Positions 12,291-24,019 of a stretch of DNA of 64,000 bases are shown in pieces. Each line of letters begins with the position of its first letter. The stretch's first letter is position 1. This stretch comes from Eledone cirrhosa. Taxonomy: Eukaryota. The position numbers were made by a program, and so were the translations under genes. Below the pieces are notes generated by a model that saw only the letters and a program-made list of their open reading frames with translations, was not told where the DNA came from and made no database searches. Location of the stretch: positions 57,350,001-57,414,000 of the forward strand of contig OZ024742.1 of assembly GCA_964016885.1 (NCBI GenBank). Direction: 5' to 3'.

Positions 12291-15150
12291 CTTTTGTAAT
12301 GGAATATGATCTTTTGATGCTTTCATATTTCAAAACGAGTTTGATCATCCAATCATGTGATTCCCTTAGATATGTAGATAATCCAATTGTTGCAGTTTTC
12401 AAAGCAATATCTAACTGGATTAATCCACGTCCTCCTTCTTTCCTAGGGAGATATATTCTATATATATTCTGCATTAGGGTTATGCATTCTGTGCATGGTT
12501 AAGAATTTTCTAATTTTTGTATCGAGCCTACGGATCTCTGTGCTTGACCAGTTGATGACATTGAAACTGTAGGTTACTACTGGTATGGCAAGCGTGTTTA
12601 TGGCATTGATCCTATTCCTTGCATTCAATTCCGTTCTTAAGATTGTTCTTACTCTGCGGTAACATTCTTTCTTTATCCTTTCCCTCATTGTCGAGTGCTT
12701 GATTCCGTCTCCTTCACAAACACCTAGATATTTGTAAGTTTCCTCTTGATCAAGTTCTCTTATCACATTCCCCCGATCAAGATTAATGTCTGAACTTCTA
12801 AGCAGCTTTCCTCTGGTGAACTTAGCTTGGCGCATTTGTCTAGTCAAAACTCCATTTTAATATCATCACTGAACTGCTTCTCAGTGGATAATAGCCCTTG
12901 CAATTTCTCATCATTTTTTGCAAATAGTTTCAGGTCATCCATGTAGAACAAGTGATTAATGGTTTTGTCATAGACTTTATATCCATGTTTTGTTTCATTG
13001 AGCATTTTACTTAATGGTATAAGTGCGATGCAGAATAAAAGCGATGATAAAGCGTCACCCTGAAAAATTGCACAATTAATATTAACTTCTCCAGCTTCCA
13101 GTGATTTTTTACCCTATTCAAAAGGAGTGTCGTTTTCCATGTCTTCATACTGAATGACAGGAACCTCCTGACTACGGGAGATATTTTGAAAATCTCTAAA
13201 CACTTTTCAATCCAACTGTGTAGCAAACTATCGAATGCTTTTTTGTAATCTATGCAAGCAATTGATAGATTTTTGTGTCTATTATGACAATCTTCCAGTA
13301 TCATCTTGTTAACCAAAAGCTGATCCTTACAGTCATATGAGCCTCGTTTACACCCTTTCTGCTCATTGGGAAATAGATCATTTGTTATCAGGTGAGCATA
13401 TGTATATTCAGTTAGGACTGATGTTAAAATGTTATACATTGTGGTCAAGCAAGTTATCGGTCTGTAATTTTGGGGATTGTTTGTCTCATCATTCTTCGGA
13501 AGTAGGAATGTAATGCCGTTAACTGGCTATGATGGTATTTTTTCTGGCTCCTTAACCAATTCATTGTAAAGTTGGGCTAACAGCTCATGAGAATCTGTGA
13601 AGGCATTTATCCAAAAATTTGGTATTTTGTCTTTCCCTGGGGATTTCCATTAGCTGGATTTTCTAAGAGTTAAATGCAGATGTTCAACTGTTATATTTTC
13701 CCATGTTTGTTCCTCAAGGTGAGCTGTATCTTTCATTTCTCTGTATGGGGCATGTATATTATGAACTTTTTTCTTCGGCCCAGATCTTTTCCCAGAATTC
13801 TTGCACTTCCTCCTTGGGTGGTATTGATTTAGCAGTTATTGTTGACTAGCCAATTTTTCTGTAGAAGTTTCTTTGGTTGTTTTTGAACATATTATTGTCC
13901 TTATAGAATCTAGATCGGTTTTCAAAGCGCCTTATACGAGCAGCTTTGGCCGACACTTTTAGCTTGATTATTTCTATCAGCATGTCTATGTCACTTGTTG
14001 ATTTTATACTGTATTTTCTTTTCAATTTTCTAAGTTTAGTTTGTTTAACATGTTCACCTACTTTGTAGTTTGCTAAAATTTCTAATGTCAGATCGGAGAA
14101 GGTTTATTTGGCGATTGATGTTCTCTTGCCAAGAAGATTTTCGTGGGGATTCCTTTGTTTTTTTTCTTTTTCACTCCACATAAGTGAGTGGTGACTTTAG
14201 CCGATGCATAATAGAGATGATTTAGATCAGTAATGTTTAGTTCATTTGTGATGATAATGTTTTTGAGTTATGTTAGTCTTGTTTATTATCCTTTGGTTTT
14301 GTTTGGAGTTCTGGATCTTAGGGAGATTGTCTCGCTCCCCCATGTCAGATTCTTTCCTTTTCATCCATTCAATCATAATTTCATTCTTCTAGTCAGCGAG
14401 TTCATTCTCATTCATTTCTTTATCATTGACAATTTCATTGTTTTCATTTTGAGTTTCATCTTGAGCATGCACTACTTCCACTTTTTCGATCCTTTCTTTA
14501 ATTTGTTCTGCTGTCAGGGATACCGCCCCAACTCTGGGATTCGAAGTGTTACAATTTACCTCGTTTTCACTGAAACATGTTTCATTTTCCCTTCGCTGAC
14601 TTTGTGCTAATAGCTTGATCTGATCAATTTCTATATCAGTTAGTAACTTTTTCTTAACAATATTTCTTCGTATATTGGCTAGTTTGTTACTGTCAATATA
14701 GCCTCTGTTTTCGGGATGTTTCTCTCTCCAGTTGATATATGTCTGTTCTGTATTCGATCTATTTGATGGGTAGTACATGACAGTGTAGAAAGCCTCAAGG
14801 ACTTCTTTATTGTCTTCCCTTGACCATTTTTCTCTCTTTTTCTTTGGATTTCTTGGTGGTATGCATGAAGGGCCAACAGTAGGAGTATTCCGGTTATGGG
14901 GGGTCTCCAGTTCCAAATTGATGGGAAGGTTTGAACCATTAGCTGATTTTTCGACTCCAGTCTGGTTCCTCACTGAGGGACGCGGCTCTTTTTGACACGG
15001 GTGACGGCCGATCCGGTATGAGATTTTATCATTTGGCATTGGCTTTATTTTGTTGCGTGTTATCCTTAACCGCCAAGGGGTAATCATTTCGTGTTACCAC
15101 TCCTAGGACGAGTGTCAACCATCCCGGTATTTCTTGGACACGGGGGGGGG
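12285..15150 (-). mobile_element. R4/Dong-like RLE retrotransposon, family B copy 1 (5' end present, 3' end missing, decayed)
   Basis: EQKG, CKDQLL, IDYKKAFDS, YMDDLKL, YKYLG and GGRGLI; homologous to 29858-32800. Confidence 0.85.
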
Positions 15151-15679
15151 GGGGTTAAATTGTCATTATCATGAGTGGTTCCTTAATGTGAGCCCTTCGT
15201 GGCTGAGAAAGAAATTATTATTAATAATGTAATATACTTTTTGTTGAAGTTGCGTCTGTTGTTGTTGTTGTTGGCTATGCCGGTGGTGCTGGGGTTTTTT
15301 CTATTGTTGGTGGGGGACTTCATTGCCAGAGCCGTTAACTTTTGACGGAGTCACTATGTCAGTCTATTTATATCTTTTGTTAGCCTCTCCCTTGTCTAAT
15401 GTTAGTGCCACTTTCCCCTTTCTTAAGTTAACAGAGGGTAGTGGGGGAATAGTGGTGGTAGCAATGATGGAGTGGTGGCGGCGGGGATGGGATAGTGGTA
15501 GTGTAGTGATGGCGTTGTAGCCACTGATTTCTGTTGAATAAACTGTAGCTAGTATGCGTTTGTTTGATCTGTATATCTATGCGGTTTGTCGCCTATCTTT
15601 AATATATATGTTGACATATTTCCTTAATATTTGAATTAAACATTTTGAGAAAACTTGAGATACAATAATAATTGTTATT

Positions 15680-16000
15680 ACTAGACTAGCAGAAAAACTA
15701 CCCTTCGGGTGGTTTTCTGCTAGAATGTGTAGTGTGTATATTGATATTATACGCAAGTATATATACATGTAGATATGATACATCAAATAAAATCGTAATT
15801 GACAATTTAAACAGAAATTGAACGAAGACGTTGTTACACTGTCTTATGTAATCAGTAACGTAATCCATGATACATTAAAAAAAGATGATATTATATATAA
15901 ACTGCATTAGGAGAAAATTAGTGACAGAAAATTAGTATGTTTATTTAAGTGATCGCCACCGGAAGTGTTGACATCACACACTCTCTCTTTCTATATATAT
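15680..16000 (-). mobile_element. Possible small non-autonomous Helitron
   Basis: ACTAG end plus hairpin 15686-15723 (ctagcagaaaa..ccc ttc ggg..ttttctgctag). The other end reads tatatatagaaag on the minus strand. Confidence 0.45.
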
Positions 16001-16143
16001 GGTAGTTGAAGTGGTGTTGATGGCAACGATATACCGGAAGTGCAACTTTGAAAAGAGGTCAATTTTAAATTATTTATTTTTACGAAATTATTTTTGTTTA
16101 CGAAATTTAGTAGATAAATTATGTAATATTCATTCATTATTTA

Positions 16144-16252
16144 TTCAAATCCCGCCAAGGTTAACTTTGTCTTTCATCCTTACGGGGTCGATAAAATAAA
16201 GTACTAGTAATGCACTGGGTAATTGCTGGCCTTGTGCCTTAAGTAGAAACAA
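16144..16252 (+). mobile_element. 5'-truncated SINE
   Basis: B box to tail, matching 7123-7305. Confidence 0.85.
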
Positions 16253-16739
16253 TTATTTATTCAAAGTAATCCAACTTATTTTACTAACGGGATTTTTTTT
16301 TTTAAATGTACGCAGTCCCGCAGACCTTCCTTTATTATAGTTTAGATTATGCTGGGATTGGTGGCGGTGAAATTGCCGTTATCTGGCTGTTGTATTTAGG
16401 GTACACAGAGGGGGGGTAGGTGGTGTATCTAGGTTGTGGTGGTGAAATTGTCGTTATTTGGCTGTTCTATTTAGTGTAGACAGGAGGGGTTCTCTTCCAT
16501 TCATAACCATTTTCTTTTTTTAATATAAAATTTCTAATATAAAATTGAATATTTGAGCCATATGCCAAGGTATTATGGGTCTCATTTCCTGAGAGTTAAG
16601 ACTGGTGCCTTATGTCACATTTGTACTAAGAATTGTTATATCACAATAGTTTTAAATATGTTAAAAATCAAAAACTTACGGGAGCGATTCCATAACACTC
16701 TATCCACCACGTGCGTCTTCTTCACTTATTATTATTATT

Positions 16740-19700
16740 GTTCTTTGAGTCTCAGTCATTGATGTTATTTAACTGGAAAGTTTGTTGAAATGAATATCAA
16801 GCCGCTACCTGCAGCCTCAGATATTCGGAGCGTTCTTGCTGTTCCCAGCAAGCATGCCTTTTGAAGTATTCCAAAAAGCGGGGCTGGACTAATCTTCTTT
16901 AACCATCCTTGGAAACTCTTTGAGATAGTACCTAGTGCACCTATGACGATCGGGACGACCTTGACTTCATGGCAGTTCCAAATCCTTTTTAACTCCCACT
17001 TTAAGTCCTGGTATCGCTTAATTTTCTCCTTCACCTTTTCTTGCGCTCACGTGTCAAATGGGCAGGCTACATCTACAATCAGGCACGATGTTTTTTCCTT
17101 GTCCAAAACCACGAGATCAGGCCTATTGTGTTCTAATTTCATGTCCGTCTGTATCCTAAAATCCCATAGCACCTTCACCTGATCGTTTTCTATCACCGAC
17201 TCTGGCTTTTGCTCATACCACTTCTCAGAATGTGGTAAATTGTTTACTTTGCATAGGTGCCAGTGGACCACCCTGCCCATCACATCATGTCTCCAGCCTT
17301 TATAGTGAGTCTGGGCTAGGTGTTTACACTCGGATACAATGTGAGCCACAATCTCCTCTCTCTCTCTCTCTCCATAGATCCTACACAGTGGGCTAGCCTC
17401 CTCCTTATAAATATGGTGTTTCACCCACTTCGTTCTGAGGGCCTGCTCTTGCGCAGCCATTAGCATTCCTTCTTTAGCTTTTTTAAGATATCCTCTTTTT
17501 AACCAGTTCCCTGTCTGTGGATCTCTAAATTCAGTTTTCTCAAAGAAGGTACTATGAAGGGATTTTTCATGAAGGTTGCTCTTCCTCCTTGGACATCCCC
17601 TGGTCTATTGTCCTCTCCTTCAGTACAATTTTGAAATTTTGAGCATTGGCTCCCTACTGTCAGTCACGTATTTGTGCAGGTTGTTTTTCTCCATCTGAAC
17701 ACAGTCCTCTATGCTGATAAGACCTCTTCCACCTTCCGATTTCTTTAAGTAGAGTCTATCGACATCACTCCTCTTGTGGAACATGTTGTACATAATCAAT
17801 AGCTTCCTAGTCTTCCTATCCATTTCTTTTTGTTCAGCAACATTCCATTTCAGAATTCCCGCACTGTACCTAATAATAGACACAACTCGGGAATTCACTG
17901 CACTTATGACATTCCTACTATTTAGATATGATTTTAATACGCTCCTTACTCTCCTAATGCCCTCAGATCTTATCAATTCCTTCATTTTTTTGTTCTTGAT
18001 GTCATCTGCCTCCAGATCACCTAAATATTTGTATCCTTCTTCAGTGTCAATTTCCTTTATCATCTCACCTGTTGGTACCTGGATTCCGTTGCTTCTGCTC
18101 AATTTACCCCCTCTTCATCACGAGGACTCCACACTTATTAATACCAAATTCCATACATATATCTTTGCTGAAAATACGGACAGTGTCAACAAGTACATCC
18201 AACTCCTTCTCACTCTTCCCAAAGAGTTTAAGATCGTCCATGAAGAGGAGGTGGTTGATGGTAGGCTCTCCCTATCCCAACTTGTATCCTGATCTCACTT
18301 TTTGCAATATAATGGTCAGGGCTATCAGAGCAAGGACAAACAGCAGAGGGGACAAACTATCTCCCTGGAAGATACCTCTCTTGATCTTCATGCCTCCCAA
18401 GGATTCTCCACCCGATGTTAATTCTGTTTCCATACATATATCTTTGCTCAACAACTGTCTGATGTTATCTGCTACCTTGAAGATCTCTAGGCTTTTGGTT
18501 ATCCAAAAATGAGGTACCCTGTCGAATGCCTTTTTTTAATCTATCCATCCCATGACAAGACCAGTGTATCTTCTCTTGCAATTCCTCATTACCATCTTAT
18601 AAATAAGTAACTGGTCTTTTGTACCACGGGACTTCTTTCGGCATCCTTTCTGTTCGTCCGGTAACAAGTTGTTTATGTGGAGGTGATGGTAGATTTCCTC
18701 AGACACAATGCTTGTTAACAGTTTCCACATACGGACAGACATGTGATAGGTCTATAGTTGGTAACATCGTTACCCTTGATTCGGTCTTTCATTACCAGAA
18801 CTGTGGTACATTTTGTCAACCTCTCTGGTACCTCACCCGACATCGAGCAGTCATTGAACATGGTTGTCAGTTTCGGGTGGAGGGATGTTATATTTTTAAT
18901 CCAATACTCCTGCACACCATCTGGGCCTTGTGATTTGCAGTAGGTTAGTTTTTTGGCCTGCCCTTTAAGAGTTTCAACTGTGATACTCAAATCAGTTTGT
19001 TGGTGTGCTTGTTCACTAATCTCCTTTTGTACTGTTTCAATCCACACTGCCTGACTATTATGTTCAACATCCTGCTCCCATATTCCTCTCCAGAATGTCT
19101 TAGTCTGTTGCGCCTCAGGGATCAAGTCGTTGCTTCTTTCATTCCCTTCAAGCTGTCCAAACAACATCTTCTGGTTGTTGTCAAACATGCGGTTCTGTCT
19201 ATACTCACTGACTCTGCTCTCATACCGCCTAATCTTTTCACTTTTTGCTACAATGCGTTGCTTCAGTTCCTCTATGATAATATTTAGCTTTTTCGCCCTA
19301 GTTTTGTACTTTATTTCCAATCTATTTTTAGTGTCTATGTTTTGTAATGTCCCATTCAGTAGGGACTCAAGCTTTCCAATGTCATTTCTCAATTCCTTGA
19401 TTTGACCATTCAGTCGTTTCTTCCACCAAGGTTCTGATCTTTCTTGTTTGTTGTTTCCTCTCGTTTTTATGCCAAGTAATTTCCTCACCGCATTTGCTGT
19501 TGCTTTGAGGATATTGTTGCGTTGGTGAAGGTTCCTCGCCTCAAGGTATGGGATGACTTTGTTTACCTTAGCTGTAGTTTCTTTTAACTTTTTCCTGTCT
19601 ACAAATCTTAGGTTCATAGGTTTTCCACTATCATTGTTCATTTCATCTACCACTAAGTTCAGGATATCAACCAAATCTTGTCCTAGCCCGTCAGCATTCA

Positions 19701-21091
19701 TTTCCTCAATGGTCGTATCTTTGTTCCAGATGTTATTTATTTCAGCATTCAGATCATTGTCTGCTTCGGGTGCTTCCTCAGGTCTCTCAACCTCTTCACC
19801 TTCATTTCCCACTGGCTCGTTTGCCTGACACTCCACTCTCCATTTCCAATTTAATCTTTCTGCTCAGTTCCTCCAGTTCCAACTCGTTTATCCATCCATT
19901 AGTTCTTATTACCCGAGCCTGCCCGGCCAATTTTTGTTCATATAATTTAAATAGACCAATCTCGTTCCAGATGTTATGCATCCGTTTCTTATAGCCTTTT
20001 TCCATGGGGTTACTCTTCAGGTAAAATTTCATGACAGTTCTATTCAATTCTTTCGTCCAGTTGGTTCTTGTCACTTTCCTTCTTCTTCTTCCTCCAACAC
20101 CAGCAGTATTTGGATGACAGCCAGGTCCCTGCTGCTGGGCCAGGGAGCACTTGCTGGGTGAGAGTCTTTCACATGACGTTCCGGTCTCCTCTTCACCGTT
20201 ATTCGATCTGTTTAGGTTCGACATTTAAACACTCATATCGAGGATTGGTGAATGTATGGTTACATAACCACCGGTGATTTCATCACCCCCAGTGATTTCA
20301 TTATTCCCGGTGATTTTAGCGTGGCACCATCACGCTGTAGACGAACATAAATAAATAAACAAATAAATAGATAAAAACTTTTAAAAAATAAACATAAGTT
20401 TCATTGTAATGTTTGAATGTCTGACTTAGTTTTTTTGTTCGTTTTGTTTTCCTTTTTGTTTTTCAAGGCCAGTAACATCGGTTACTAGTGTTGTTGTTGC
20501 TGCTGCTGTGCTGCTATTTTTGATTTTAGCTACGAGGGAAGTAGGGGTTGTTGCGTTCAAAACTTTTGAAGTTTGTTTTTCTTTTGTTGTTGCATTTGTT
20601 TTTGTCTGTGTTCTGTTCTGTAATTTTTCGACTTGTTGCTTATCATTATTATTATTATATTATCTGAGTTCAAATCCCGCCGAGGTTAACTTTGCCTTTC
20701 ATCCTTACGGGGTCGATAAAATAAAGTACCAGTAATGTACTGGTTAATTGATGGCCTTCTGCCAAAAGTAGAAACAATTATTATTATTATATTATAGTTT
20801 ACATTTGACATCGTTTAAACTAAACATTTTGGTGGTGTTGGTGGTGAAATTATTTGGCTGTTATTTTCTTCCATTTGTGACCATTTGTAACCATTTTCTT
20901 TTTTTACTATAAAATTTCTGATACAAAATTAATAATGTTATGCCTTGTCACTTCCTGAGAGTAAAAGACTGGTATCTTATGTCCCATTTGTAATAAGAAT
21001 TATTCTATCACAATTGTTTTAAATATGTAAAAAATCAAAAACTTACGGGAGCGATTCCATAACACTCTATCCACCATGTGCGTATTCTTCC
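16740..21091 (-). mobile_element. R4/Dong-like family A, full-length but decayed copy
   Basis: ORF pieces 20224 to 16765 with [25 protein letters not shown] and RPDLVV..DVACP; (TAA)n at both ends. Confidence 0.9.
20663..20777 (+). mobile_element. 5'-truncated SINE inside the Dong-A 5' UTR
   Basis: B box to tail, between (ATT)n runs. Confidence 0.85.
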
Positions 21092-21114
21092 CTATATTAT
21101 TATTATTATTATTA

Positions 21115-22236
21115 TTCTTTGAGTCTCAGTCATTAATTAACTGGAAAGTTTGTTGAAATGAATATCAAGCCACTACCTGCAGCCACAGATATTCAGGACG
21201 TATCGGAGAGTTCTTGCTATTCCCAGCAAGCATGCCTTTTGAAGTGTTCCAAAAAGCGAGGCGGGGCCAATTTTCTTTAACCATCCTTGGAAACTTTTTG
21301 AGATAGTACCTAGTGCGCCTATGACAATCGGGACCACTTTGACTTCATGGCAGTTCTAAATCCTTTTTACCTCCCACTTTAAGTCCTGGTATCGGTTAAT
21401 TTTCTCCCTCTCCTTCTCTTGCACTCTCGTGTCGAATGGGCAAGCCACATCCATAATCAGGCACGATCTTTTTTCTTTGTCCAAAACCACCAGGTCAGGT
21501 CTATTGTGTTCCAGTTTCTTGTCCGTCTGTATCCTAAAATCCCACAGCACCTTCACCTGATCGTTTTCTATCACTGACTCTGGCTTTTGCTCATACCACT
21601 TCTCAGAATGTGGTAAATTGTTTACTTTGCATAGGTGCCAGTGGACCACCCTGCCCATCACATCATGTCTCCAGCCTTTATAGTGAGTCTGGGCTAGGTG
21701 TTTACACTCGGATACAATGTGAGCCACAGTCTCCTCTCTCTCTCCACAGATCCTGCACAGTGGGCTAGCCTCCTCCTTGTAAATATGGTGTTTCAACCAC
21801 TTCGTTTTGAGGGCCTGCTCTTGCGCAGCCATTAGCATTCCTTCTGTAGCCTTTTTAAGGTCTCCTCTTCTCAACCAGTTCCATGTCTGTGGATCTCTGA
21901 ATTCAGTTTTCTCAAAGAAGGTACTATGAAGGGATTTTTCATGAAGGTTGCTCTTCCTCCTCATTATTAATTCCTCGTTGGACATCCCCTGGTCTATTGT
22001 CCTCTCCTTCAGTACAATTCTGAACATTGGCTCCTTACTATCGGTCACGTATTTGTGTAGGTTGTTTTTCTCCATCTGAACACAGTCCTCTATGCAGGTA
22101 AGACCTCTTCCACCTTCAGATCTCCTTAAGTAGAGTCTATCGACATCACTCCTTTGTGGAATAAATGTTGTAGATAGTCAATAGCTTCCTAGTCTTCCTA
22201 TCCATTTCTTTTTGTTCAGCAACATTCCATCTCAGA
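21115..22236 (-). mobile_element. R4/Dong-like family A, 5'-truncated copy (CCHC + RLE + 3' UTR)
   Basis: [18 protein letters not shown] and RPDLVVLD..DVACP; shared 3' UTR. Confidence 0.9.
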
Positions 22237-22266
22237 ATAATAATAATAATTATTATTATTATTATT

Positions 22267-23985
22267 GTTCTTTGAGTCTCAGTCATTGATGTTAGTTAAC
22301 TGGAAAGTTTGTTGAAATGAATATCAAGCCACTAGCTGCAGCCTCAGATATTCAGGACGTATCGGAGGGTTCTTGCTGTTCCCAGCAAGCATGCCTTTTG
22401 AAGCGTTCCAAAAAGCGTGGCGGGGCCAATTTTCTTTAACCATCCCTGGAAACTTTTTGAGATAGTACCTAGTGCGCCTATGACAATCGGTACCACTTTG
22501 AGTTCATGGCAGTTCCAAATTCTTTTTACCTCCCACTTTAAGTCCTGGTATCGGTTAATTTTCTCCCTCTCCTTCTCATCATGTCTCCAGCCCTTATAGT
22601 GAGACTGGGCTAGGTGCTTACACTCGGATACAATGTGAGCCACAGTCTCCTCTCTCTCTCTCCACAGATCCTGCACAGTGGGCTAGCCTCCTCCTTGTAA
22701 ATATGGTGTTTCAACCACTTCGTTTTGAGGGCCTGCTCTTGCGCAGCCATTAGCATTCCTTCTGTACCCTTTTTAAGGTCTCCTGTTTTCAACCAGTTCC
22801 ATGTCTGTGGATCTCTGAATTCAGTTTTCTCAAAGAAGGTGCTATGAAGGCTGCTCTTTCTCCTTGATGTTATTTCCTCCTTGGACATCCCCTGGCCTAT
22901 TGTCCCCTCCTTCAGTACAGTTCTGAGCATTGGCTCCTTACTATCAGTCACGTATTTGTGTAGGTTGTTTTTCTCCATCTGAACACAGTCCTCTATGCTG
23001 ATAAGACCTCTTTCACCTTCAGATCTCCTTAAGTAGAGTCGATCGACATCACTCCTCTTGTGGAACATGTTGTAGATAGTCAATAGCTTCCTAGTCTTCC
23101 TATCCATTTCTTTTTGTTCAGCAACATTCAATCTCAGAATTCCCGCACTGTACCTAATAATAGACGCAGCTCGGGAATTTACTGCACTTATGGCATTCCT
23201 ACTGTTCAGATGTGACTTTAATACGCTCCTTACTCTCCAAATGTATTCAGATCTTATCAATTCCTTCATTTTTTTGTTCTTGATGTCATCAGCCTCCAGA
23301 ACACCCAAATACTTGTATCCTTCTTCAGTGTCAATTTCCTTTATCATCTCACCTGTTGGTACCTGGATTCCGTTGCTTCTGCTCAATTTACCCCTCTTCA
23401 TCACAAGGATTCCATACTTACTAATACCAAATTGCATATATATATCATTGCTGAAAATACGGACAGTGTCAACAAGCACATACAACTCCTTCTCACTCTT
23501 CCCGAAGAGCTTAAGATCGTCCATGAAGATTATCCAATGTATGTATTGTGCAGCTCTGTCATGCCTGTTTAGGTATTCGGTTGGAGCTATAGGACTGCAC
23601 ATTGAAATTATATGATCAATGGTCTCTGGTTGTTTTTTACATACACGGCATAATGGGCTGCATCCATTTTTTATTATGTTGGCTTGGTAATTTTTTGTTG
23701 GCAGACACTGATCTTGTGCTGATATGATCAGTCCTTCAGTCTTCGATTTCAGTCCAGAGGATGCCAACCAGTGATGGGTTAAAGTTTTGTCAACATCAGG
23801 ATTGTTAGCTCGTTCTGGGTATTTTCGATACAGAGGTTTTTCTTGCCATTTCTTAGCCAGTTTCTGTAGCAGTTCTTTCTTTGCAGTTACTTTTACCTGC
23901 TTTGCTTTTTCTGTGTTTTCCATTTCAGCAATAAATGGGACTTCTGAAATTTGTAGTCCATTACTGTATCTTTGTGCATCTTCTA
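22267..23985 (-). mobile_element. Chimeric R4/Dong copy: family B segment (23527-23985) fused to family A 3' part
   Basis: ORF 22610..23923 switches from B-type ...HDRAAQYIHWI to A-type FMDDLKLF; there is an additional deletion near 22578. Confidence 0.8.
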
Positions 23986-24019
23986 TTATTATCTTATTAT
24001 TATCTTATTATTATTATTA

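Larger units (their letters stand above)
15220..16723 (-). mobile_element. Orphan 5' UTR of an R4/Dong family A element
   Basis: Colinear similarity to 27900-28810 and 20800-21091 (e.g. aaaacttacgggagcgatt...ccacc..gtgcg..ttcttc). Confidence 0.7.
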
